Assembly: GCA_036172245.1 (NCBI GenBank)
Contig: JAYWIR010000073.1
Coordinates: 310,001 to 374,000, forward strand
DNA length: 64,000 nt
Source of the DNA: Raillietiella orientalis
Taxonomy: Eukaryota
Direction: 5' to 3'
Program-made: the position numbers and the translations under genes
Shown here: in pieces, positions 49,135 through 61,534 of the stretch
How positions within the stretch are numbered: position 1 is the first letter of the stretch
How the letters are laid out: the number at the start of each line of letters is the position of its first letter
Notes under the pieces: model-generated
What the model saw: the letters and a program-made list of their open reading frames with translations, nothing else
The model's database searches: none
What the model was told of the DNA's origin: nothing

Positions 49135-52100
49135 TGTACCAGATGCACTGGAGAATCCCTGTCCCACCCCACCGCAAACGGGAACGGCACGGCACGCAAG
49201 CTGAGAAAGCGGCGAGGCGGCAGCTTGGCAACAATGCAGCGAAAGGGATCCCCAAGAATGGATCGCGACAATGGAACGCGGCTCTCCAGCAGCAGCCAAC
49301 GGATCCCGGAAACGAAGTCCCTATTGCGAAGAGGAAGAACCGGAAGAAAACGCGCCCCTTTCGAAGAGTCCAGGCGTTCTCCTCGGCTTTCGAAAAACCG
49401 GGAGAAGGGGGTGCCGCCCACACTGCCGCATGCAAACGCGGGTGAACGGAGCCCTCCGGGAACCCTTTGGCGGCCCCAATCGTTCCGAATGCGGTTTCCC
49501 GCTCTCATTTTTCCGCTTGGCATCTCCTTCAGTGTTGCCAAGTGTGTCGATCCGTCCACTTATTAGGAAGAAAGAAAGCTACATTTGCAGAGTTCTTGAG
49601 AGGCGCGTCGTCGCAAAGTAATCCGCGCCCATGTGAAAACGGTTCGAAATGAATTTCAATAGTTGAAAAGTCAGCAGCTCGGAATAAACTCGGAAATCGG
49701 AGTTGAATATTGAAACATTTCTTATTGAAAACTTCAGGAATCAAGTGATCAAGTGCATTTCTGCCATGTAAATGCAGATGCGTCCCACTCTCTATGTCCT
49801 ACCCCGTTGTTATATCAAACTTTCCAAACATTTACGTATTCTTCCAAACTTTTCAGAATGAATCTATATCTGTTCTCTGCGTCTATGGAAATAAAACCTT
49901 GCTTTGATGAACGTAATGAATGTAAAGCCTCTCAATTCGTAACGAATTCCTTCAGCATCTCGTCATGTTCAGGATAAATTAGTACAAATGTAATCCCTGC
50001 ACTGTGTGGCTCGAGGGAATCGTCAGAATCGCTCGATTCCCATGGAAGATTGGAAAAATACAACTGTTTTCCTTCATTTGGAAATGGCTTGCTGTTTTGT
50101 CCAGACTCAAAACTTGCACTTCATTATTCGACGGCAGTCATCCCACTCATTTCGGAGTCACACGTTGGAAATGACACCAAATGTTGAAATGACTGTTAGC
50201 CTGATCCTGGAAAAGCGAACTTGGCTGCATCCGCCTGAATCCCACGTAATTCTGAGCGATCCAGAATTCCTGAGAACATGCTTTATAAAAAAGTAAAACG
50301 GAGATCACAAATGGCCGTGGAGTAACACTTTTCCTGCAGGTACTTCCTCTCCTGGTTGATTTCACTGAAAAATTATGGGGTGCAGCTACTACTCTACTGC
50401 AGATGTGCACGATCGTCATTCCTGATCACTGATATGCTGGTGCTCTTGGCGTACCAAAGATACCATTGAATGCAAAAAATATCCCAAAAATACGTGGGAA
50501 TGCGATCTTTTGTGGGATCGCCACATGACGTGCTGTCTGGAAGGGTGCCGCTCGATGTGGACACAGCGGTTTCGCACCCCAGGAAAAAGACATCCGAAAT
50601 CTCAGTCAAGTTCGTGAAGGCATCACTCCTGGTGCAGCAGCGGATGAATTCGAAACTGCAAGAGCCGCGATGAAAGGCGCGTAAGAGAGCTTTTCTTCGG
50701 TTGGGACTTTTAAGCGGGGATGTCAACCGGTCCATAGGATAAAGACCGCATCCTTACATCTCAAAACAAAAGAAAAAAAGCACCCCACAGCGAAGTTGCA
50801 TTGAAAAGGTGTCGTGAATTCGAGGTCGAACGTGATTATCTTCTTGTGCTCACGTGCAAACTTTCGTAGAGTGACATGGGCATCACTCTGTGGAGAGAGA
50901 GTTGATGCACTTGCTCCAAGCTTCCGACCTTGTTTTTCCTTCATACGTTCTTCTGCTGGCAAAAAACCAGCCAAATCATGATGGCTGGACCGCAGCGAGC
51001 GTCGATGACGGATACCAAAAAGGCGGCGCCGTGTTCTTCACGTGCTTCGCTCTTTTGGCTTCGTGAGGCGAATCCATGATTTATCAAAAGGATTCCATCC
51101 AAGGCGTCTAAGAACCGCAACACGTCGCATCCTTCGATGCGACAACCAGCCTGCCGTTGCACGTCGCCGGAATTTGCCCACGAAAGTCCTTTTGCCTCAG
51201 GCGCTGAAGAAGGTCGGCAACGACCTTCTTCAGCGCAGTGGGAAAATTTGCCTTCGACGCGCCACCAAGTTTACTTGGACTTGCTCTGCCCTCGGTGAAT
51301 CATGGCGTTCTTGACATTTCAGCACACTGCAGCTGGCACCGAGGAAAAATGCGCTGAAGACAGGAACAGTTTTTCTTCCATTTGCTGACTGGTTGTCGAG
51401 AAAGGCAAGAAGGGACTGAGGACGAGCAAGAGAGGAAGGCATCAACAGGTAAACAGTCGTTGACAGCACTCTGAAGGGCCTCTTACCGAACTGGACAAAA
51501 GACGGGTTCTTCGTTCTACGTCGACATACCGTTGGGAAACTTGTGCAGAGCGGATGTCTAGCGAATCTATGTCTTTTCATTCTTTCATGCCGGAGCAGTT
51601 GTTTATAAAGAATGCACACATAAATGATAAGGTCCGTATGAATCAACACAAACAAATGAAAAAGGAAACACAACAAAAAGTTCAAAGTTCAAACGGAATC
51701 ACTCGCCGACTATCAGATCAGCTGAAGACATTGTTTCGGGCATTGGTGGGACTGAGAGGATAAACAAATAAATAATTGATGAATGGTGCATAGGCAACCC
51801 CGTGGTTTGCGCTCCTATTCTGAACCTTCCGCAAGATGGTGGCACATCATGATTGAAGGCCTCCCATCCCAGGAGGCGGCAGCTTGAGCTCGAGCCTGGG
51901 ATAGTCAGAGAGGACCAACGCCACTCCTCCTCGACTACTCCACTCGACAATACAAATGTCGACAATCTGAGATGCAGGAGGTCGATGGCCTCCTGCATCT
52001 CAGATTCGTCGGCCAGCAAGTTGCATGCATTCACGGGCGCACACAGCTGTTGACCTGCACCTGCGCCCACTTTTCACCCGACAGCAGGCAGGCAGACGTT

Positions 52101-52149
52101 GAAGTTTTTCATCCGGTAACGCCGGGGCATTTGTTGAAAGGAAACCAGT

Positions 52150-55100
52150 TGGGAACAAGAGTGCACAACCTAAAGGCAGCAAGAAATAAGAGGAAAGGGC
52201 CAAAGGCACGCAGTCCGGGAAAACGGAAAGTCCGCAACGGGGGAGGGACGAGGAGAAAACCACAAGAAAAAGCAAAGTGGGTGGAACGGGGATATTTTGG
52301 TGTCGCTCCGTATACACAGGGACAACAACAAAAAAAAGGAAGCATCAAGGAAGTTGCGGAGCAAATAGGAACGGAGGACAAAAGAAAAAATTATAAAGGG
52401 TGGGAGGCGACAAGAATCACCGAGTACGCTGTTGCAAACCGTCCATCAACTGGCGGTCATCATCTCCGCCTTCGTGTCTTCGTCCAGGTAATGCCACCTC
52501 ACAGTCGCGCTGCTAGGCGGCTGCCATCGTGGTGACATCCCTTAGCTGCATGGTGATCTCCAGCACATTTCGGTCCGTGACGATGGCGCGAATGCAACCC
52601 ATGGTGGCGATTGCGCCATCGTCACGGTACCGAGTCCTCTCAGTGCGGAGAACCGCCGCAGCACGTCTCGGGAGGTGTCCTCCTGGAACAGAAGTGCTGC
52701 TGTCCGCCTGTTTCACAGTTCTTGCAGGGCACAACAGTCCAAGTGCCTGTGCGGGATCGACTCCATCGACCCGCACTTGACACAGTTGGGACATGCAACC
52801 CCTCCGGAAACTCGATACCGTCGCTCGTTGTACTGAAATGGATAAAGAGCAGTGCGGTCTACTTCCAAGAGAGGGGGAACAGCGAACCGTCTACATAATG
52901 GGGAAGGACCACAAGTTCTTCCGGGCCAACACTCAAGAGTTCTTCACACCCTTCTCCATAGCGCTAGGAATGGCAGCATCCGCCAGCTCGCGCGTCTTCC
53001 AGCCGCCAAAGAGTTTTCTTCTTCCCACGATGGTGCAGGAAACCTCCCACTTCACCGGTAGGCTGATGTCATCTGTTGCTCTGAGGGCGGACAGCGCTGC
53101 GGCGAGGGACTTGGCGGTCAGGGTTTAAAACTTCACCGCGTCCTGCATTAGCTCTCCTAGCAGTCGTGGTGGCAGATGTCGCAAGGGGCAAAGATATTAA
53201 GGGCACATTCTCTGGAACATGACTCAGGACTAAAGAGCCTCCTGCCGCCAAGCAGATCCACGAGTGACTTCCAGAAGTGAGGCGAGTTGCCTCAAGGAGA
53301 AGCTGAATCTCCGCATCAAGTAGTGGGTGTCCGGAACCAGAGAGAGCAGTCCCTCTCTGCCGGCGCATCGCCGTAGGATGATGCGTGCAGGTGCCCACAT
53401 CGGGGATGTCCACAGCTTGGCACACAGTACCGGAACTGCACTTGCAGCCCGATTCGCTCCAGCGGCCGGATGCCTAAGCCGGCATCCCGACGCGGAGCCG
53501 CCACGTCTTTGAGGAGGATCCTGGACGTTGCAACTCCCCAGAGAGCGTTCCTTTGCAGGCATCGAGTCCGCTGCTCCTTTTCGTAGGGAAAGCGCAAGCA
53601 AAATACGGGGGGAAGAGGAAGGGAGCCATATAAGTGTTCCAGATTACAGACCATTTAGGTAAGCCCTCTGCTTCGCCTCGTAATTGAGCGCACAAACAAA
53701 AAGCAGGTGGCAGAGGAGAGGGACCACAAAGATGCTTCGAATCGCAGACCGTTCCGGCAAGACGAACTTGCCGTGGAGGAACAGGCTGAGAACTAAGTCA
53801 GCCTTCTGAAGGCAGTTCGACCACCCTTCGGCAGCGCCGAAGACACCTCAACGGAACACATGGTACTTAAAGTACTTGTCCGTGAGAATCCCCAGGCGGA
53901 TCCAGTCGGACTGCCCCTCCCACTTCACACCCGCACCTTTTTTTGTTGACTCCCGCTTCCCGACGAATCAGCTCGAAGAAATCCTCGGGGCTGGAAGTCG
54001 GGGTGGACTTGGGCAACAGGAGAAGCAGGTCGTCGGCATAAGCGATTACGGCCGGCGTTCCCGGGCTGGAGTTTGTGATGTGGAATTTTTGTGAAGAATG
54101 AGGGGATCATGCCAGGAACAATGTTTCGAGGGGGATGGAACGGAGGATGGAGAAAGATGTTGTTTGTCTGTATTTTCATTTTTTTTTTGGTAATGCTGAA
54201 TAGTGTGGGAGTGGATACGAGATGTACATTTGGAATTGCAAGGATCATTCTCAATACGAGAGTGATGTGAAGGTCCTCAAGAGTTGATTCTTTTTTCGCT
54301 TTCTGCATTTTTCAATAACGATTCCTATTTTCCCCAAGTCTCACAGGGGTGGGGTGAATTTATTTTTCTTTTTGCATTCACACTACAATATCATTCATAC
54401 AAATTTCACAATAGCTGCACTTCACTTCACTATTGTTCACTTGAAGTCTACTTCTTTGGGTCTCTGAAAAGTTCACTGCACTTGATTGCCTGGGCGTCGT
54501 TGAGCCTAGATGCTGCCTTCAATCCTTCTCAGGATGTGACGGTAATTCGAGGCCTGGACTCTTCCGCAGTTATTGATGCCGATCTCCTTCTGGATCAGCC
54601 CTTTCAGGATTTCCATTGGAAATACGGTATTCCTGGTGGTCTTCATCTTCCACCACCTCACAAGGATGGAGGTGATGAAGAGGGCGATGGTCACTCTTAC
54701 CATAGGATTATAGCAGGTACAGTTCCATTTCCTTGGAACATCCCTGACAAGATCGCCATGGTTGAGGTGTTGGGCAGCCCGATGACCAAGGAATGGAGGA
54801 AGGAGGGAAGAAGGAAGGGAAGAGAAACAAGGAAAAGGGAGGAAGAGGGGGGAGGAAGAATGGAAAGGAAGGGGAAGATGAAGGGATGAGACAGGAAGGG
54901 GGAAAAAGGTAGAGAGGAGCAGAGAATCAGATAGAAGAAGTTCCCTGCATCCGGGACCGTCTTTGCTGCAGGATTTCCGGGAAGATCCTCTTGGCTGGGA
55001 AGGAACGAGTCGGTTCGAAAAGGCGAGAGGGAATCCTTGCATGAGTCATTCACCTGAGGTGCGTCTGTCGCCGATGCGCAGGCCTACCACGCAGCTGGAG

Positions 55101-56390
55101 ACCAGGATAGCCGCCATGAGCACCCCACCAGCCATCTCTGCAGGCATCAAGGAGGACGACCGGGCGGTACCCACGGGAGTCGGAGAGGTCGGTTCTGAGG
55201 ACGTCCAGCCTGTCCAGGTAGCAGCCGTCGGGGACCCGGAAGTAGCAGAGTCCCCCCCGCTGAGGTTGCGGGAGCGGTACTTGCCAGAGGAGCTCCCGAC
55301 TTCCAGGACGAAGGCCTCCCAGACCCAGGACGCGCGCTCGGGAGCGGGGTTACTGCAGAAGTCACCTCCACAAGCGCGTCGTTGCTCCCGAGGGCCTCGA
55401 ACCTCATGAGGGCGGGTACCGCCGAGATGATCGGCTTCCCTGCAAGGAGCGAAGAAAGGGGATGGTCCAGGAATACCAGGAAGGAAGGAGGAAAGGAGCA
55501 GAGCGGGGAGAGGCGGAGACGGAAGGGGAAGTCGATCTCTGAGGGCCACTGGCTCCCCGCTCTCTTCCCAGATGCCCTTGCCCGACGGTCGGAGAGGGCG
55601 GAGTCACTGCCGTGGGGAGGAGGAGCGGTTACGATCCCCGAGATAGCCGCACCGAGCCCCCCGCCGTCCACCCCCCGGTGCTTGCGGTCGAAGAGGAAGA
55701 GGGGCACAGAAGCGACCCAGAATGGGAGCTCAAGCTCCTGGACCGGCCGCTTGAGAGCGGACGGACGCTCGAGGGAAGGCAAAGAGGGGTCACGCGGGGG
55801 AGTTTCCCTTCAGCGCCGTTGCCCAGGTGCGCCCGCCAAATGCGTCGGATCCTACCTCGTGACTCCGCCCATGAGAAAATGGAGACCTGGATAGGGAAAG
55901 GGAATGTCTAAGGCTGCTCCTACCGACGATGGACATGGACACGGGTCAGTTCCGCGAGTGGACATCCACTTCTCTGATGCGGCTGCTGGCCTTGCGAACG
56001 AAACTTTCCTGGTCCTCGTAGGTGACGTTCCCGATTTCTAGCAGGGAGCAGTTGCTTTGGAAGGGGTGAGTAGAGCCGTCGGCCACTCCTGGAGGAGTTT
56101 GCAGCTGCTGCAGTCATGCAAACACCGGAGGGGGTTGCCCTCTGCATGGCAGCGCAGGCGCACGGCGCTGAAGAGCCGTGCAGCCAGCTGCCCGCTGCTG
56201 GGCTCCACCCCGGTAATCCTCGGAGTAACTGCAATAACACCAGCACTTTGACCATCCCTTTGCACCCCCAGCCACGCCTCCAGGAGAGGCCCGACCAACC
56301 CTGCAGACGCATCACTCCACTCGTTTCAAACACGCTTCCAGGAGGTGTCCCACCGATATCGCACAGTCGCGCTGGAGGCTTTGTGGTTAA
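52150..56390 (-). mobile_element. Large decayed L1/Tx1-like LINE, possibly with a nested fragment at ~54.1-54.8 kb
   Basis: GAIATMGCIRAI...RWHYL is homologous to the 21.8 kb C-terminus. KYFKY...WSNCLQKA...FVVPLLCHL resembles the post-RT region (~53700-53880). A low-complexity ORF1-like region lies at 55-56.3 kb, with a pyrimidine spacer at ~54.8-54.9 kb. Confidence 0.6.
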
Positions 56391-56394
56391 GGCC

Positions 56395-56670
56395 TCCGCG
56401 CGTGGCACCATGCGTCGCGGGTTCGAATACTCCGGCAGAAACTGACGTCACTACGTCGTTGGGTTCCGAGTTTCTCCTGCAATAACGCTGGGTGGCCGAG
56501 ACATTCGGGCGTGGCACCGGTGGTGGTTTGATCAAGAGGCCCCTGATGAAGGCCGCAACAATAGGAGCGGGGAGCCGCACCTTCGGGTCCTTCCAGGAAT
56601 AAAGGAGTGGAGAGTTCTCCCTTCGATTTTGCAACGAAGAGCGAACTCTCCATCTTGGGGAACCCCTTCG
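56395..56670. repeat. Junction repeat copy
   Basis: cgtggcacc...gcgtcgcgggttcgaatactc and cgggtccttccaggaat..aggagtgg match the reverse complement of ~58600-58890. Confidence 0.8.
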
Positions 56671-58299
56671 GTTCGTTCAGATAGAGTAGGTGCGTAATGG
56701 CACCTCTCCAGATGTTGTTAAAGTAATTCAGAAGTGAATGTAATTTAGAAAGTAATTCAGAAGTTGAATTTTAGAAGGGAATCTGTTAAAGCAGCTCTTG
56801 GATGAAGAGGAAGACGTCGTTGAAGTGCAGCCTACCGCACATCCCGATGAGCGAAAGCAATCGCGGCATCCCTCGTAGCACAGCTTCAACCACCCGGAAC
56901 AAACATTGTAAGGTGAGGAAAAGTCACACATTTTATTTATAGCACCGTAGCTGTTAATTTTGAAAATAAACAGGGATGGGCAGCAACATGGAAGTAGTCC
57001 ATAAGATTTGCCCGACTAGCATGATCATCAGCTCTATTTTGAAGCTTTACTCCTCGATGAATGTTAAATGCCATGATCCCGAAAAGTTGAAAAAAAGACT
57101 ACAAAGAAGCGATGGGAATTCGAATTTGTAATTTTTTATAATCTGTATAATATATATGTATATATCTGTATATAAATACATATTAATTATGTTGATATGT
57201 GTTAATAGTATATAACATATTGATGTACATAATGGATGGATCACTCAGCGAGGTGTGCAAACATTTGTGCGTGAGAGATGGAAACTTCGCGACCAAATGG
57301 AAAACAAAAGGCAAAAGTGGCATTAAGGAAAAGGATTGTTCGTGTCATGTTATCGCCCCATGCACTTTGTATCCTGCTTCTGCTAACCCCGCTGCTTTGC
57401 GGTGATCGGTGACGTGCCCGAAGCCTGGCGGGAAACAGTGAAAGAACTCGAGAAGCAGCGAAAATCCCACCTCTTCCTACTGCTTTGCTCGGATTCCAAT
57501 CGGAATGGAATGCGGCTTGGAAGCTGATATGACTCTGGAAGGGTAGGGACAGTTCGTCATGGGTCCCAGTGGGGGTGCCGTCAGGTGCTCGTGAACTCTA
57601 CCGCCCTCAGCGTTCCAGCTCACACCTGTTGGGTGATGTGTTCGCACAAATGCGTGCTGGTCCGATAAGATCTCATCCACGAATCGACCCACGCCACATC
57701 CCTGAGAACAACAAGCAGCATTTTCGTTTCCCCTCTGTCCCAAACAGTTACTCTGCTTTGGATTCCTCGAGGACGCGAACAGCAAGCAACTGCGCCACGT
57801 CCATCGTATGCTTGCCAGTTGTTGCAGGATCCGCGCTCCAGGCAAAGGATACTTTCCACTTCCGCGCCCTTCAACTTACCCTCGTCAGCAAGGCGAGGTC
57901 CGCAACGCTCTCGCTGACGACGCAAAGATGAGCGTAGGTCGCACATGCAGTGTTGCACTCTTTGAATGCCTCGATCTGTCGAAGATATTCCGAGAGGGGC
58001 TCCGGTAGTGTGAGCACCGTACGGTGGTCAGGTTTCTTGCAACCACATGGAGAAATTCTAGCTGGATTCTGGAAAGGAGAAGAAAGTTGCTCCTAAGCAC
58101 TTGTTCTAACCTTTTTGGAAACTCCCAGAAGTCAACGCCGAACGATGGTTCTTACAAAATACCGAGCTCTTACCGAATGCTTTCACCACCAGCAGCGCCT
58201 GCAGCCGAACTTACTCCGAGATGCTCCTCGACCGGATGTGGAACACTGCCAAAGACCCCAACGAATTTGGTCAAAGTCCAGCAGCCAATCCGCGTCCAT

Positions 58300-58895
58300 C
58301 TCCTGGAGGGAACCATCCTATGAAATCAGGAAAGGACTCCGGAGAAGGGAATCCGTTCCTTTCACTCCTGGAGAGAAATCCCTGAGGGGAACTTCCTCCC
58401 TGGTTTCCTCCAGAGAGACCCCAAAGATGCCGGCTCTTGGAATTCTTCGAAGGGACCCTCTCGCAAGGGAATCGCTCCTGTTCCTCCTCTTAAGAAAACC
58501 CCGAAAAAACGCTTCCGAAATGTTTCTAAAGGGTGGAGCTCTCCGATAGAAGCGGCACGCTTCTCTGAACTCTAGAGAGGTGGCGACACACCTACTCCAC
58601 GATGGTTCCCCCCAGAATGAGGAGTACTCTCCTTTGCACAACCGGAGGGGAACTCCCACTCCTCGATTCCTGGAAGGACCCGGAGGGTCGACTTCCATTG
58701 TCCCGGTCACTCATCGAGGCAACCGGTTTGAACCGCTACTAGCGCCGCACCCGAATGAATAGAGCCCAACCAGAGTCATCTCCCAAAAGTAACTCGAACC
58801 CGCGACGCAACCTTCCCCCTCTTCCTTTCATCTCTCGGCCTCAATTCTTTCCGAGTGTTCGAGCCCGCGACGCTTCGCGGGTGCCACGCGCGGCG
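58300..58895. repeat. Junction repeat copy (longest)
   Basis: Multiple blocks shared with the 17.0-17.5, 29.3-29.9, 44.4-44.6 and 56.4-56.7 kb copies. Confidence 0.8.
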
Positions 58896-59119
58896 ACTTC
58901 AGCAGCCACGCGGTCCCCGTTGTAAGGACCTCAGCGAAACTCGAGACTCAAAGCGAGCACTCGCGCTGGTTCCTCTCTGTACAAGATGAAGAACCAGGAG
59001 AAAAGCAGATGAAATTTCCAAAGCAAACATCAGCTCGGCATGCTCGGACTTTTTTTTTTTTTTCTAGTGATTCGCATGACGAAGCGCTTTGTGCATTCAA
59101 ATCATTATCGTACATTCTG

Positions 59120-61534
59120 TTATGAATCTTCGGAGCTGGACTTATGCAGATCGATGGATTCCAAAGCATTCACGAAATGCTTCAAATCTTCTTCATCCAG
59201 GAAGCTCGATATCTTGTTGGTACAGACGCGCGGCAAGATGGGGCAGTCCCTGAAACAGTGATCGAAAACGGGGAAGAACGCTTCGAGCAGCTCTCTCCTC
59301 TCCGTTCCTTTTACAAACTGAGCTTCTACCAGAGCGCCGTATATTGGAAATCTGTCTGTGAGGGTCAAGTGCTCCTCTCGGAAGAACCGGATGATGCTCG
59401 CGTTCCCGGTGCAGAACGCGAGCTCGTTGCCGTGCTTAACCAATATGTCCGAGAAGGAGACGTTGTCGCCGATCTTCGTCGACTTCATCCTCTGAAGTTC
59501 TTTTTCGCACTCAGACGTGTAGCTCCGCAGGAGACAGACCTCGTTGAGGATCTCAAAAGCCTCCATGTTCCTCCTGCTCACGTAGATGCCGCAGAAACGC
59601 ATTCTCACGATGAAGCGTGTGAGGATCGTGATGATGCACTCTAGAGCGGACAGCGCTTTCTCGCGTCCCACAGCCTGCGCCTGCGAATAGTGCTCCCAGA
59701 GCCTGTTGGCCAAGGCGAGGATAGTCTCTCCGGTGTTGTTGACGGCGTTGAATTCGGCGCCCTCCTGCAGCAGGATCATGACCATTTCCGGGTTCATCTT
59801 CCAGACCGCGTTGTAGAGGGCAGTCGATCCGACGTTGTCCTTCGCGTCGATTTCGGCGCCGGAATCCAGGAGAATCCGAAGCAGAGCCGACACGCTGGGC
59901 ATGGAAGACATTACGCCCGCGTTGGCGAGGATATGGAGCGGGGTCGACCCGTTGATGTTCCTGCTGTTGACGTCGGCCTTGTAATCCAGCAGGAGCTTCA
60001 CCGCCTCGTGGTTGTACATCTGGGTGGCCATGTGGAGCGCGGTCATGTTTCTGTAATTCGTGGCATTGACGTCGATCCCGTGGTCCAGGAAGAGCTTCGC
60101 CATCTTGAGGTTCCTGAAGTTGATGGCGAAGTGGAGGGCGTTTCCGTCCCCGAACCCCTCGTTCACGTCGGCGTGGAACTCCAGCAGGTGTTTCGTTATT
60201 TCAAAGTTCTTGGACTGGACGGCGATGCGGAACGACGTCATCCCGTTTGGATTCCGGATTTGGACGTCAGCGCCGTGCTCCAGGAGCAGCCGGACCAGGT
60301 TCGGGTTCCTCTGCCTGACCGCGATGTGGAGCGCGGTGAGCCCGTCGCCCTCGATCGCATTCACGTCGGCCTTGTGCTCCAGCAGGACGCTGGCCACCAC
60401 CAGGTTGCCGGTTTCGCTGGCGATGTGGAGCGCGGTCGTCCCGCACCTTCCCCTGCGGCTCTCTGTGGCACCGCCGCGGCGCATGAGGAGAGCCCCCAGG
60501 TGGTAATCTTCGTACTTCTTGATGAGGCGGAGCAGGATCCTCTCGCTCTTGTACCCGTTCTTGATATCGGCCTTGAACTCCGACAGGTGTTTCTCGAGGT
60601 CGTAACTTTCGCTGGGGTCGGCGCTGTGGGTCTCCGCGCTGTGCTTCGAGAGGAGGTCCACAAACATCTCGTATTCCGGCTTGTCGACCATCGGGACGGC
60701 AGGCCTGCCGATCGGGCACCTGGCGTTCACGTCGGCGCCGTGCTCCAGCAGATAGAGCGCGACATCCTTGTTCGAGTTGGTGGCCGCGCAGTGGAGCGCC
60801 GTCGTCCCGTAATTGCACGTGGCGTCGACCTCGGCCCCGTTCTCCAGCAGCAGCCTCGAGATCTGCTCGTTCCTCTTCAGGGCGGCCAGGTGGAGGGAGG
60901 TCGCTCCGCTCGCGGCCCTGGAGCCGACGGGAGCACCGTAGCTAAGCAGCAGCCCCATCGTCCTTGCGCTCCCCTTTAGGGTGGCAAAGTGGAGCGGGGT
61001 GTACCCCGGCCGCTTCTCCGACGTGCAGCTGAAGTCGGGGCTCGCCCCGTACTTCAGCAGGAGTTCCACGAGCAGGGAGGATCTCTTCTGAGAGGAGATG
61101 TGGATCGGCGCCATCCCGTTGTCGTTTACGCAGTTTGCCGACGCTCCGGCCTCCAAAAGCATCTTGGCAATCTTCCGTTCCGAATTCCCCACGGCCAGGT
61201 GCAGGGGGCTCGCCAACCTCTCGTTCAGGACGTCCACGCGGGCGCCCCTCTTCAAGAGCATCTCCGTCATTGAGGCGTTCCCGGAACGAACAGCAAAGTG
61301 GAGCGGCGTGCCGGAAAACCCGGGGGTGTCGCTGTTGACCGCACACCCGTATTCCAGAAGCAACTCGGCAACCTCGTAGCTGTGGTGCTGGAGAGCATCG
61401 CAGAGCAGCGTGTAGCCTTCGCACCACGATTCCGAGTAGCGGAGACCAACGGAGTGGATGATTTCCCTTACTTTCCCGACGATTCCCTCGCGTATGGCTA
61501 CGTTTAATTCTTCCAGTAGCTCCAGGTTTTCCAT
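59120..61534 (-). CDS. Intronless ankyrin-repeat protein with C-terminal PRANC/F-box-like domain (804 aa)
   Basis: Uninterrupted ORF with roughly 15 recognisable ANK repeats plus a degenerate central block. The C-terminus reads RFIVRMRFCGIYVSRRN...ECEKELQRMKSTKI...FSDIL...FPIYG...KG..RRELL...LPRVCTNKISSFLDEEDL. Confidence 0.93.
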   Translation of the reverse strand: MENLELLEELNVAIREGIVGKVREIIHSVGLRYSESWCEGYTLLCDALQHHSYEVAELLLEYGCAVNSDTPGFSGTPLHFAVRSGNASMTEMLLKRGARVDVLNERLASPLHLAVGNSERKIAKMLLEAGASANCVNDNGMAPIHISSQKRSSLLVELLLKYGASPDFSCTSEKRPGYTPLHFATLKGSARTMGLLLSYGAPVGSRAASGATSLHLAALKRNEQISRLLLENGAEVDATCNYGTTALHCAATNSNKDVALYLLEHGADVNARCPIGRPAVPMVDKPEYEMFVDLLSKHSAETHSADPSESYDLEKHLSEFKADIKNGYKSERILLRLIKKYEDYHLGALLMRRGGATESRRGRCGTTALHIASETGNLVVASVLLEHKADVNAIEGDGLTALHIAVRQRNPNLVRLLLEHGADVQIRNPNGMTSFRIAVQSKNFEITKHLLEFHADVNEGFGDGNALHFAINFRNLKMAKLFLDHGIDVNATNYRNMTALHMATQMYNHEAVKLLLDYKADVNSRNINGSTPLHILANAGVMSSMPSVSALLRILLDSGAEIDAKDNVGSTALYNAVWKMNPEMVMILLQEGAEFNAVNNTGETILALANRLWEHYSQAQAVGREKALSALECIITILTRFIVRMRFCGIYVSRRNMEAFEILNEVCLLRSYTSECEKELQRMKSTKIGDNVSFSDILVKHGNELAFCTGNASIIRFFREEHLTLTDRFPIYGALVEAQFVKGTERRELLEAFFPVFDHCFRDCPILPRVCTNKISSFLDEEDLKHFVNALESIDLHKSSSEDS

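Noticed and set aside
56720..56776. Two-copy ~29-bp imperfect tandem repeat
   Set aside because: Ordinary local duplication with no sign of function.
59690..60979. 429-aa + strand ORF
   Set aside because: Antisense shadow of the GC3-rich ankyrin gene; no independent protein features.
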